Made by a program: the position numbers and the translations under genes
Assembly (NCBI GenBank): GCA_023622515.1
Contig: JAMNZB010000030.1
Location: 414 to 64,413, forward strand
DNA length: 64,000 bases
Direction of reading: 5' to 3'
DNA from: Bacillota bacterium
GTDB lineage: Bacteria > Bacillota > Clostridia > Saccharofermentanales > DTU023
Notes under the pieces: generated by a model
Database searches by the model: none
Told to the model about the DNA's origin: nothing
What the model saw: only the letters and a program-made list of their open reading frames with translations
In this document: positions 16,568-26,403 of the stretch, piece after piece
Numbering within the stretch: the first letter of the stretch is position 1
How the letters are laid out: every line of letters begins with the position of its first letter

Positions 16568-18646
16568 ATGGAAAAGTTAACAGCAGCTATTTTATACCAT
16601 AAGAAAATAATCCTTCTGGTTATTCTCATTCTCTCTATTATTTCAGCCTATCTAGCCCTAAAAGTCCCTATTAATTACAACATCCTGGACTATCTTCCGG
16701 AAGATACCCCCTCAACCAATGCCCTGGACCTTCTGCATGAGGAGTTCAAGGATGATATACCTAATCTGCAAGTTGTCCTGGAAGACATTAGTTATGAAGA
16801 GGCTATCTCTGTTAAAGAAAAGCTGTTGGAACTTCCGGAAGTTTCTTCCGTCATGTTTTTAGACGATATCAAAGAACTTGCCGGGGCCTTTTTGCCGGAA
16901 GGGGCGGAAGCTATCTACTTCAAAGAGAACATGGCCAATCTCTCTGTCGCTGTGGATACAAAAGATTATTTAGGAAGCCTTGAGACTATACGAGCTGTCC
17001 TACCCGAAAACGTCAGGCTCGGTGGCCAGCTCGTCGCCTTTGCCGCAACCAACAAGGCCACCACAAGTGAAATTAGCCAAATCATGCTTTTTGCTCTCCC
17101 CATCGCCCTGATCATTCTTTTAATTTCCACAAGATCCTGGTTTGAGCCGGTCATTTTTTTACTAAGCATCTTTGTGGCCATTCTTTTAAACCTCGGTACA
17201 AATATCATTTTTCCCAGTATCTCCTTTATCACCATGGCCATTGCCTCCATCTTGCAAATGGCCGTCTCCATGGACTATTCCATCTTTATGTTGAACCGTT
17301 TTAACCAGTATCGTGATAACGGCGACTCCATTGATAAAGCTATGCAAAAGGCCATGATGAAATCCTTTACCGTCATTTTATCCTCCGCCTCAACGACCTT
17401 CTTTGGTTTTTTGAGCCTTATTTTTATGAACTTCCTGCTTGGCCCGGATATGGGCCTTGTCTTGGCCAAAGGTATTGTTTTCAGCCTATTATCCACCTTC
17501 CTTTTCTTGCCTTGCTTTGGCTCACTTGTCTACAAGTTTATTGATAAAAGCAGTCACCGTTCTTTCCTACCCTCAAGTGAGACTTTCGCTAAAGTGGCTC
17601 GCTTCTCTATGAAATTTGCCCCCCTTACCATTCTTGCCGTTGCCCTTCTTGCCGTACCTTGCTTCAAGGCTCAGAAGAAAATCCACTTCCTTTACGGTAT
17701 GGATCCTTTTACCGAGGATTCAAAGGAATATGCCGACCAGGAATTTATCGCCGCTCATTTCGGTGATGAGCAAAGTTTCGTTTTACTGGTTCCGGCCGGT
17801 GATTACAAGAAGGAGGAAGCCTTACTCCAAGAGCTGGAGAAATTCGAGCATGTAAATAACATCATATCCTATACCGGAACGGTTGGCCGGAATATTCCTA
17901 CTCAATTGGTCCCGGATTCAGTGAAAAATTTATTAGAAACAGAAGCCTATACCCGCTTTATTTTGACAAGCAACTTAGATGATGAGGGCGAAGCTGTTTT
18001 TGAAGAAGTAGGAAAAATGCGAGCCCTGGCTTCTGCCCTATATGGAGAAGATAGCCACTGGATTGGAGAAAGCTTTTCCCTCCTTGATATGAAAGAGGTC
18101 ATCCAAGATGACAATACGCGGGTCAACTTATTAACTATTGCAGCGGTCGCCCTTATTTTACTCCTCTCTTTCCGCTCTCTGAGCCTACCGGTAATCCTTG
18201 TCTTTACTATCGAATTTGCTATTTGGGCCAATCTTTCCACCATCTACCTCACGGGTCGGGCCCTAAACTACATCGGCTATCTGGTTGTTTCTACTATTCA
18301 GCTCGGGGCTACCGTAGACTACGGAATTTTAATGACGGAAAACTATCTGGACTACCGTCACAAGTTTAATGCTAAAGACTCAGCCATCAAGGCCATTACC
18401 CATACCATTCCGGCAATTTTGCCTCCGGGTCTCATCTTGAGCAGTGTCGGTTTTGTTTTATCTGTTGTTTCCTCTCTCCCTGTTGTCTCGGACATCGGCC
18501 TCGTTCTGGGGCAAGGTGCACTGGCCTCCCTGCTTAGTGTCATCTTCCTCCTGCCGCCCCTCCTGCAATACCTCGACCCCCTCATTTACCGTACAACATT
18601 AAATCCGGGTAACTGGCTCGGGATTGTGAAAAAAAGCAAAGAGTGA
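16568..18646 (+). CDS. MMPL/RND-superfamily transporter
   Basis: 692 aa with two blocks of TM helices, each preceded by a large external domain. N-terminus typical of the MMPL family (..LALKVPINYNILDYLPEDTPS..). Confidence 0.85.
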   Translation: MEKLTAAILYHKKIILLVILILSIISAYLALKVPINYNILDYLPEDTPSTNALDLLHEEFKDDIPNLQVVLEDISYEEAISVKEKLLELPEVSSVMFLDDIKELAGAFLPEGAEAIYFKENMANLSVAVDTKDYLGSLETIRAVLPENVRLGGQLVAFAATNKATTSEISQIMLFALPIALIILLISTRSWFEPVIFLLSIFVAILLNLGTNIIFPSISFITMAIASILQMAVSMDYSIFMLNRFNQYRDNGDSIDKAMQKAMMKSFTVILSSASTTFFGFLSLIFMNFLLGPDMGLVLAKGIVFSLLSTFLFLPCFGSLVYKFIDKSSHRSFLPSSETFAKVARFSMKFAPLTILAVALLAVPCFKAQKKIHFLYGMDPFTEDSKEYADQEFIAAHFGDEQSFVLLVPAGDYKKEEALLQELEKFEHVNNIISYTGTVGRNIPTQLVPDSVKNLLETEAYTRFILTSNLDDEGEAVFEEVGKMRALASALYGEDSHWIGESFSLLDMKEVIQDDNTRVNLLTIAAVALILLLSFRSLSLPVILVFTIEFAIWANLSTIYLTGRALNYIGYLVVSTIQLGATVDYGILMTENYLDYRHKFNAKDSAIKAITHTIPAILPPGLILSSVGFVLSVVSSLPVVSDIGLVLGQGALASLLSVIFLLPPLLQYLDPLIYRTTLNPGNWLGIVKKSKE

Positions 18647-18674
18647 TAGAGGAAATACCCTCATAGGTTGATGG

Positions 18675-18750
18675 CTGCCGGTAAGTATAAAGCGACCATT
18701 CTTCCCTCTGTCCTCATCGACCATAACTTGTATTACCGGCAGTTTCTATT
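18675..18750 (+). terminator. possible terminator (long-loop hairpin)
   Basis: CTGCCGGTAA (18675-18684) pairs with TTACCGGCAG (18733-18742), followed by TTTCTATTATC. The loop is long (~48 nt). Confidence 0.3.
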
Positions 18751-18768
18751 ATCTAAAATGGCCTTAGC

Positions 18769-19413
18769 CTAATCATAAACCTTCTTGTATTCGGAAAAAA
18801 TCAGATCTTGGCCGGCCTGATTCGGATGTGGATCACAAAACTTATTGTAAAAACCGGTAAGGCTGTCCTTATTGGGCGAAGTATAAAAAGCCTTGTGGAT
18901 GTCGACAACACGATAGTCAAAGTCATTCGAGAGCAGCTCAGCATACAGCGTTTTCGTATTGCGTATAATATAGTTTATTCCGTAATTATCTGCAGTATTA
19001 TTCTCAAAATAAGGGTTATCACATCTGCTTGCGAAATCAAAGGTCCAAGAGAAAAATCACTCAATTGCTTTAGCACATCAATCGTATTATTGCCGCTGGC
19101 ACTCTCATCATGATAATTGCCCGGAAGGATCCTCATGGCATCTCTAAACTGCTCAATATAGCTATAGCTGTCTGTTCCGCCGAGCAAATAATTAAACAAG
19201 CTCGTATAATAGTAACCATAGGGAATGGAATCTCCAAGTGCCACATAGCTTGTCGCCAGTATTTCCTCACAGCTTGCTGTACCGTCAACCACTGTAGCGT
19301 GATAGCCGGCTTCCGGCCTGTCATGATATGCGACAGCAAGCTTTCCATGATATCCATTTGAAATCGTACAAGATATCAATAGGAGCAGCAAAACTCTTTG
19401 TGCTTTTTTTCAC
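18769..19413 (-). pseudogene. SGNH/GDSL hydrolase lipoprotein gene, reading frame broken at two homopolymer sites
   Basis: AAGGGGGA SD plus GTG at 19413, then an A7 run (19404-19410). With A6 the frame would read MKKAQRVLLLLLISC (lipobox). The middle frame carries GDS block I (ALGDSIPYG) and block II (SASGNNT). A second shift near 19010 leads to a frame ending ..CDPHPNQAGQ.. (DxxH block V) with its stop at 18769. Confidence 0.65.
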
Positions 19414-19700
19414 AATATCCCCCTTTGTTTTTTTGCCCTTATCCGGCAATCTCGCCAGCAATGAACTCTTAAGCTCTTTGTTTGAACAGTTAGCTACTTT
19501 CTACCAGCAGTAGCTTTATTTGTCAAAAAGCCTCATTATTACAAGCCATTATCCTATATTTCGGATGTTTTAATTTTAACTTACATTTTGCATTAGCTTC
19601 TTTTTACAAAGATTTAATCTAAATTTTTACCTTCCCTTGATGTTCTGCAAACCATTTTTCCCTATCCTAGGAACGGAACCAAAATTAAGGAGGGTTATCC

Positions 19701-21185
19701 ATGAATTATGTAAAAAAAGTATGTCTTATCGCACTTGCCTTGCTGCTCACCTTCAGCGCCGTTTTCGTTCCCGCAAACGTCCTTGCTGAAGAAGCCCCTG
19801 CACCCAAGTATATTTTCTTGTTTATCGGTGACGGCATGAGCTATCCCCAATTCCAATTGGCCAGTAACTACCTCAACGCCCGTGAAAATCCCAATCCTGA
19901 AGTCTTAGAAACCAGCAATTACTATCTAAGTTTCATGGACTTCCCCATTGCAGGAAGTGCTAACACCTATGACTCTACCTCTTTCTGCCCGGACTCCGCT
20001 TCAACAGCTACCTCCATTGCTTCCGGTCAAAAAACCCACTCCGGAACCATCAACATGGACGTTAATAAAGAAGTTACTTTTGAGACCATTGCTGAGAAAT
20101 TACACGACCAGCTCGGTTGGAAAATTGGTATCATCTCAAGCGTAAACTTAAACCATGCTACACCGGCCGCATTCTATGCCCACCAACCCAGCCGTAACAA
20201 CTACTATGAAATCGGTCTGGAATTAATCGAGTCCGGTTTTGAATATTTCGCCGGTGGCGGTTTGAAATCAGTAACCGGTAAAGAAAAAGACCAAGAAAAC
20301 TTATATGACCTTGCTGAAGCCGCCGGCTATACCATTGTCTTTACAAAAGAAGAAGCTGAAGCCATCACTGCCGGACAAGAAAAAGTCATTATCATTGAAG
20401 AATTCCTGGCTGACAGCGATTCCATGCCTTACGAAGTAGACCGCACAGAGGATATGCTTTCCTTAGCTGACTACACAAGAAAAGGTATTGAAGTTATAGA
20501 TAACGATACCGGTTTCTTCATAATGGTTGAAGGTGGAAAAATTGACTGGGCCTGTCACGCCAACGACGCCGTAGCCACAATCCACGATACCATTGCTCTG
20601 GGTGACGCCGTACAAGTAGCTGTTGACTTTGCCGCAGAACATCCCGATGAAACACTCATCCTGGTCACCGGTGACCACGAAACAGGTGCTCTTTCTATCG
20701 GTTTTGCCGGTACATGGTACAATACCTTCTTGCACCTCTTAGATAACCAATCCATCTCTCAAACCAAGTTTGACACGGATATTCTCCCCGCCATTATCGA
20801 AGAAGAAAAATCCTTTGAAGAAGTCCTCGTCATTATCGAAGAGAACTTTGGCCTAAAAGCTGAAGGTAATGAAGATGACGATTTCGTCCTCTCCGAATAT
20901 GAAATCGGACTCTTACAAGAAGCCTACGACACAACCGTTGCAACCTATACCTCAGATGTCGAACTCGACTACGAGCAGGGCTTACTCTATGGTGGATACA
21001 CCCCGCTTACCATAACCGTCACCCACATCGTCAATAACAAATGTGGTGTAGAATTCGGTTCATACGCCCACACCGGTGTGCCTGTTGCTGTATTCGCCGA
21101 TGGTCCCGGTGCTCAGATCTTCAGTGGCTACTATGAAAACGCAGATATCTTCCACAAATTAGTTGAACTCACAAACGTCCAGTAA
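19701..21185 (+). CDS. alkaline phosphatase (PhoA family), secreted
   Basis: Signal peptide, FIGDGMS metal site, active-site DSASTATS, ..GDHETG... AAGGAGGG SD. Confidence 0.9.
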   Translation: MNYVKKVCLIALALLLTFSAVFVPANVLAEEAPAPKYIFLFIGDGMSYPQFQLASNYLNARENPNPEVLETSNYYLSFMDFPIAGSANTYDSTSFCPDSASTATSIASGQKTHSGTINMDVNKEVTFETIAEKLHDQLGWKIGIISSVNLNHATPAAFYAHQPSRNNYYEIGLELIESGFEYFAGGGLKSVTGKEKDQENLYDLAEAAGYTIVFTKEEAEAITAGQEKVIIIEEFLADSDSMPYEVDRTEDMLSLADYTRKGIEVIDNDTGFFIMVEGGKIDWACHANDAVATIHDTIALGDAVQVAVDFAAEHPDETLILVTGDHETGALSIGFAGTWYNTFLHLLDNQSISQTKFDTDILPAIIEEEKSFEEVLVIIEENFGLKAEGNEDDDFVLSEYEIGLLQEAYDTTVATYTSDVELDYEQGLLYGGYTPLTITVTHIVNNKCGVEFGSYAHTGVPVAVFADGPGAQIFSGYYENADIFHKLVELTNVQ

Positions 21186-21278
21186 GAGGCAAAGATTCTG
21201 TCTAAGATTGGTATCAGTAAGGAGAATATACATTTGTTATTAGCCCTTTTCTGAAAAGCCTTTCATGAACAAACAAAG

Positions 21279-21312
21279 GAAGGCCCCCCTATACTAACTA
21301 GGTCGGGCCTTC
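21279..21312 (+). terminator. possible intrinsic terminator
   Basis: GAAGGCCC / GGGCCTTC stem with an 18-nt loop and a weak T tail. Confidence 0.4.
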
Positions 21313-21386
21313 TTGCTGTCTACTCAAATCTTATAGTCCTAGCTTTTTCATGCTGGAAAATATCATAGAAGGTAGGGAAAAACACT

Positions 21387-22664
21387 ATGCTCGATAAAGA
21401 AAAACTTAAACACGCTCATATAAAATATCATCTTCCGGAATGGATTTCGCTTCTTTGTATTGTCCTCTTAATATTTATGAAAACCGGCTTCGAAGACCGC
21501 TTAATCTATCGGGATGGAGAACAAGTGAGGGCAAAAGTTCTCAAGGTCTATAACGAGAACATACAGCAATCAGGTGTTGTCCTCTCAGGAGAGCAGGGGG
21601 CAAGGGTCCGGATTTTGGATGGTACATTTAAAGGCGAGGAACACGTCGGCACGAACTTTCTTAGCGGCAATCTGACCAACGACACTATTTATGAGGAGGG
21701 TGATATTGCCAGAGTTTTGGTAAACCATAAAAAAGGAGCTGTCACCTTTGTTAACCTCATTGACCACAACCGTATCCCCTATGAAATAGCCTACTTCGCC
21801 CTCTTTGCCATACTCATTACGCTTGTCGCCGGGCGAACGGGTTTCCGTTCTCTTCTTTCCTTTGTTCTATCCATTTTGGCCATTTGGAAGCTGCTCATAC
21901 CCTATGTCCTAAAAGGGGCCAACCCCATACTCCTGGGGCTCGTTATAATTACAGCCATAACCGTCTTCATCATCCTCCCTATTTATGGGATCTGCTATCG
22001 TTCCTTGTCGGCTATCCTGGGAGCCCTTCTAGGTATCCTGGCCACCCTCTTACTGGGACTAATCGGAACAAAAATCTTCCATTTAACCGGAACTGTCATG
22101 CCCCAATCAGAAAGTCTTCTTTATGCCGTATCCGGCAGCCTGAATCTTACCGAAATCTTTATTATGTCTGTTTTTATCGGGGCATCAGGAGCAATCATGG
22201 ACTTAGCCGTAGATATCACCGCTGCCGTAGCAGAAGTTATCGCTAAAAAACCCAGCATGGAATGGCAGGAAGCTTTCCGCTCCGGAATGAACGTGGGCCG
22301 GGCTTCCATGGGGACTATGACAACCACCCTCCTCCTTGCCTATTCCGGCGGCTACATCACCTTGCTTATGGTCTTCATGGCCCAAGGTACACCCCTGCTA
22401 AACATTTTAAACTTCAGAGATGTAGCAGCAGAAATCCTGCATACCCTTGTCGGTAGTATCGGACTTGTCCTCGTAACTCCGGCTACTGCCCTGGTTGCTG
22501 CTATTTTGCTCTGCTCCAAAGGAAAATTGGAAATCATTTATAATGAATACAAGCAACTGAAAGAGGAGGGCATTCTTCCTGAAGACACTGTTTTCTGCCC
22601 TGAAACTTTTATCCGGACCGGCTTTAGACCGCATGCAGAAAATTTAAAAGAGCTAAAGAGTTAA
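21387..22664 (+). CDS. YibE/F family membrane protein
   Basis: 425 aa. An N-terminal TM, a soluble beta-rich segment (..VRAKVLKV..G..V.V.I..G..KG..) and then about 7 TM helices, typical of YibE/F. Confidence 0.75.
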   Translation: MLDKEKLKHAHIKYHLPEWISLLCIVLLIFMKTGFEDRLIYRDGEQVRAKVLKVYNENIQQSGVVLSGEQGARVRILDGTFKGEEHVGTNFLSGNLTNDTIYEEGDIARVLVNHKKGAVTFVNLIDHNRIPYEIAYFALFAILITLVAGRTGFRSLLSFVLSILAIWKLLIPYVLKGANPILLGLVIITAITVFIILPIYGICYRSLSAILGALLGILATLLLGLIGTKIFHLTGTVMPQSESLLYAVSGSLNLTEIFIMSVFIGASGAIMDLAVDITAAVAEVIAKKPSMEWQEAFRSGMNVGRASMGTMTTTLLLAYSGGYITLLMVFMAQGTPLLNILNFRDVAAEILHTLVGSIGLVLVTPATALVAAILLCSKGKLEIIYNEYKQLKEEGILPEDTVFCPETFIRTGFRPHAENLKELKS

Positions 22665-22686
22665 AAATGCTGCGTCAAATCTGGTT

Positions 22687-22725
22687 AACCCTTCCATCCG
22701 TGTCCGGCTGGAGGGGTTTTATTAT
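22687..22725 (+). terminator. intrinsic terminator
   Basis: AACCCTTCCA / TGGAGGGGTT stem (one G-U pair) followed by TTATTAT. Confidence 0.6.
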
Positions 22726-23260
22726 GCCAAAATACAGTTTCAAATTTAAGATATGAGAAAGAAAGAGTGGCGAAAAGCTCAAAAAGATTAATTCTTCTTA
22801 ACTATTTCAAAATATTTCACAATTGGCCAAATGAAATCTATAGCCCTGCCATTCTTCTGATGTACTATTATCCTACTTCAAAATTAAGCCATATTCACCC
22901 TTTTACCCTTAGTTTAGTTTTTTAATTGTCTTTTTATTCAATATAAGATAGAATTAAGAAGAATTAAGGAAATACTGGAAAGTGAGGTTTATGGAGAATA
23001 TATGTTCATTAAAACCGATACGTCTTTTTTCCTTGAGACTAACTTGCCTCCGGGTTAAGGCGTACAAAGACTTTGAAGCTTAAGAATGGAGTTTACCGCC
23101 CGGAAAAAACCGTCCCGTAAATTCCGATTAGTTACAATATCGTTCTTTAAAAGTCTAACTGAAATCTGATTAATAATTATGTATAATTAGTTCTGCAAGT
23201 TCCAAGTATTTACCCTTGTCTTGCAGCAAATGATTTACTTAGAAAAGGAAAGATGTACCC

Positions 23261-23953
23261 ATGTTGTATGATGTTGTTATTTTAGACGATGAAGTGGAAT
23301 TAGCGGAGAGCACTGCTGAATACTTAAATTTATTTAACATTAAGACAAGCTACGTCACTACTGCCGCTCAGTTGGATACTTTCCTGAATGAGCACAAGGC
23401 AAAAATCATTTTACTTGACATTAATTTACCTGATGACTCCGGCTTTGCCATTTGCAAAAGAATCCGTGAAAGTGATGAAGCCACTTCCATTGTTTTCATC
23501 AGCGCACGCAATAGGGAGCAAGACCAGGTTCTGGCCTTAAGTATAGGGGGAGATGACTATATCGTAAAACCCTATTCGCTTTCCTATTTGCATGCAAAAG
23601 TTAACCGTATGCTGCTACGTCTTAATGCTGATCCAAGCAGGCACGAAACCTACAATCAAGGAAATTTAACGGTGGACTTTTCGCGAGCAAAAGTATTTAT
23701 TCAAGATGAGGAAATCCCTTTAAAAGCAATGGAGTACAAGCTCCTGAACTTCTTAATCAAACAGCGGGGGAAAATTTGCACAAAAGATGAGATTTTTTCA
23801 GAAGTCTGGGAAGACTTAAATACCGGTGACGGTACACTGAATGTCCACATTCATCACCTCCGTGAAAAAATAGAGAAAAATCCCCAGGAACCCCAAGTCA
23901 TCCGCACAGTCTGGGGGCGTGGCTACACTTGGGATGAAGCAGGGCAAATTTAG
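23261..23953 (+). CDS. OmpR/PhoB-family response regulator
   Basis: Receiver domain (DDE..., LLDINLPDDSG, KP) plus a winged-helix C-terminus (..VWGRGY). Confidence 0.9.
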   Translation: MLYDVVILDDEVELAESTAEYLNLFNIKTSYVTTAAQLDTFLNEHKAKIILLDINLPDDSGFAICKRIRESDEATSIVFISARNREQDQVLALSIGGDDYIVKPYSLSYLHAKVNRMLLRLNADPSRHETYNQGNLTVDFSRAKVFIQDEEIPLKAMEYKLLNFLIKQRGKICTKDEIFSEVWEDLNTGDGTLNVHIHHLREKIEKNPQEPQVIRTVWGRGYTWDEAGQI

Positions 23954-23971
23954 ACTTGCCCCGGAGACTAT

Positions 23972-24025
23972 TTCTAGCCGTTCATTCTAGCCGTTCAATA
24001 GCAGAGCCATTGAAGAGCCATTGAA
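23972..24025. repeat. two adjacent perfect tandem duplications (13 bp x2, 11 bp x2) between the RR and HK genes
   Basis: TTCTAGCCGTTCA x2 (23972-23997) and GAGCCATTGAA x2 (24004-24025). Confidence 0.8.
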
Positions 24026-24086
24026 CTATCCACAAACTACAGAAAAGAATTTAAAAGAATTAAAGCAAGCTGATAAGTGAAGGACT

Positions 24087-25392
24087 ATGGAAAAGAAACT
24101 GAGAACAATCATTATTATCAATATCCTTTTGCCTATCCTTACCTTTCTCGTGCTTTTGTTTTTTGTAGCCAACATTGAAGTTAAAAGCATTACTATTGTA
24201 GAGATCAATGACATCCGCTACGAGGCGGAAAAGCTCCTGAGAATTAACAAGCAAAATTTGCAGGCTGATGATTTCCAAGTTCCCTTGGTCTTTGAAAAAA
24301 CGGAAGTCGATTTCTCCTATGCCCTCATAGACCGGGAGCAAAACATCCTCCTTCTTTATAACTGGGAAGACTTTAAAAGCATTGCCGCTGAGCTGGAGCA
24401 CCATGCCTTAGTCCTCCCCTTGGAGAATGAGGAAAATGTAAGCGTCCTCTTGAAAAACCCCGGTATTGCTCAATTGCAAGCAAAATACACCCAGCTCTTC
24501 TTTATCGTATCCCTACTTGTAGCCATCCTGTCCTTGGGCAACATCCGACTTGTTTCTCATGTAAACAATCGCGTCCTCCGCCCCTTCCGTGACTTACAGG
24601 ATTTTGCCAAAGAAGTGGCCGCAGGAAATTTTAATCTTCCGCTCAGACAGGCTAAGGGAAATATTTTCGGTGCTTTTACTGAAAGTTTTGATATATTACG
24701 CGAAGAATTAAGAGATTCGCGCCTGGCTGAAGCTAAAGCCATGGAAAGCAAGCAGGAGTTGCTGGCACAATTATCTCATGACATCAGAACCCCGCTAGCC
24801 TCTATTGATGCTAAGACAGAACTCATTCTCATTTACAGCAAGGATGAGAAAATCCGTAAAGAGGCAGAAACTATTCTTAGGAAGAGCAAACAAATTGAAA
24901 GCCTTATTAGCCAACTCTTTGACCATAGCATGAAGGCCTTGCAAGATATTAGGGGGGAATATATAGAAAGCTATAGTTCCGATGACCTGGTAGAATTGAT
25001 AAAAAACTCCGACTATCAAAATCGTTGTCAGATTTCCGCCTTCCCTCCCTGCCTGGTAAACATCTCCCACAAGGACCTCAAGCGGGTTTTGGATAATATT
25101 TTAAGCAACTCATATAAATATGCTAATACGACCATTCATTTATGTCAAAGCATGCATACAAGATAATATGCTTCAGATTTCCCTTCGCGATTTCGGACCG
25201 GGCATCAAAGAGGAAGAGGAGGAAGTCATCTTTACTAAATTCTATCGGGGTGACAATGTAAAGGACACACAAGACGGGGCCGGCCTGGGGCTCTTTATCA
25301 GTAAGAATTTAATTCAGCAAATGGGTGGCGAGATAATCGCGAAAAATGCCGATCCCGGCCTGCAGTTCAACCTCTACCTGGCCTTAAGCTAA
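24087..25392 (+). pseudogene. sensor histidine kinase, split by a 1-nt frameshift between the N box and the G1 box
   Basis: ORF 24087..25166 carries 2 TM helices, a HAMP domain, the H box LSHDIRTPLASI and the N box LDNILSNSYKYA. ORF 25120..25392, in the +1 frame, continues with ..ISLRDFGPGI.. and GAGLGLFI. The junction is at the TTT run near 25132-25134. Confidence 0.75.
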
Positions 25393-25545
25393 CATTTCCG
25401 GCTAAAATCTCCCTATTCACTAAAAAACAAGCTAAAAAAGGAAGAAATTATCTTCTTATAGCTGTATAATTTACCTATGTAAGAGAATCATTTTTCCTTG
25501 CTGTTGTTTAGCTTGTAAATGATTATGCTTACTTGGGAGGTTTGC

Positions 25546-26343
25546 TTGGAAAAATATATCCTTGAGGCGGAAAAATTATCAAAAAGCTTCTCCACCCGCG
25601 GAGTGCAAAATCACATTTTGAAGAATGTTGATTTGAAAATTAAGGAGGGCGATTTTACCGTGATTATGGGCGCCAGCGGTGCCGGTAAAACGACCCTTTT
25701 ATACACCTTATCCGGTATGGTTCGTCCAAGTCTGGGCAAGGTAATTTACCGGGGCACCAATCTTTCTGAGCTGACCAATGACGAGCTTGCCATATTTAGG
25801 CGAGAGCATTGCGGCTTTATCTTTCAACATGCCTACCTTATTGACAGCATGAGCGTTATGGATAATGTGCTTGCTGCTGCCTTCCTTGTTCCCGGCAATC
25901 GGGATGAGCAAATTCAAGAGGCCAAAGAGCTCTTTAGTAAGGTTGGTATTTCAGAAAGCCTGCAGGAAACTTTCCCCTCCCGCCTTTCCGGAGGCGAGGC
26001 CCAACGTTGCGGTATTGTTCGTGCCATGATAAACAAGCCTCAACTACTCTTTGCCGATGAGCCGACAGGGGCCCTTGATTCCGAAACAGGAAATAATGTT
26101 TTGGATTTGCTGACAAGCTTTAACCTTGAGGGGCAAAGCATCTTGCTTGTTACTCATGATATCACTTCAGCAGAACGCGGAAACCGTATCATTTATTTGA
26201 AGGATGGAAAAATTATCGCTGACCTGGACCTGGGAAAATTTGAGAAAAATGATTTCACCCGCCACAACAAAGTATCACACTTTGTTGAGGAAATGAAACT
26301 AAGTCCCGGCTCCAACAGCTTCAGGAACTCTAGGGAAGAATAA
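25546..26343 (+). CDS. ABC transporter ATP-binding protein (MacB/BceA-like)
   Basis: Walker A GASGAGKTT, signature LSGGEAQR, Walker B LLFADEPTGALD. I chose TTG 25546, 5 nt after GGGAGG. Confidence 0.88.
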   Translation: MEKYILEAEKLSKSFSTRGVQNHILKNVDLKIKEGDFTVIMGASGAGKTTLLYTLSGMVRPSLGKVIYRGTNLSELTNDELAIFRREHCGFIFQHAYLIDSMSVMDNVLAAAFLVPGNRDEQIQEAKELFSKVGISESLQETFPSRLSGGEAQRCGIVRAMINKPQLLFADEPTGALDSETGNNVLDLLTSFNLEGQSILLVTHDITSAERGNRIIYLKDGKIIADLDLGKFEKNDFTRHNKVSHFVEEMKLSPGSNSFRNSREE

Positions 26344-26403
26344 TAGGCCAAAACCCTGTTAGTTAGCAGGGAATCTCTCGAAAGGCAATATAGGAGAAGT
26401 TAA

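Noticed and set aside
18808-19361. Plus-strand ORFs 18808..19113 and 19110..19361
   Set aside because: They are antisense to the disrupted SGNH hydrolase gene, whose catalytic blocks explain the region.
22991-23170. Small ORFs (18-30 codons) upstream of the two-component/ABC module as possible bacteriocin or signalling-peptide precursors
   Set aside because: They have no double-glycine or leader motif and no Cys/Ser/Thr-rich core, their SD spacing is poor, and the frames overlap. The evidence is insufficient.
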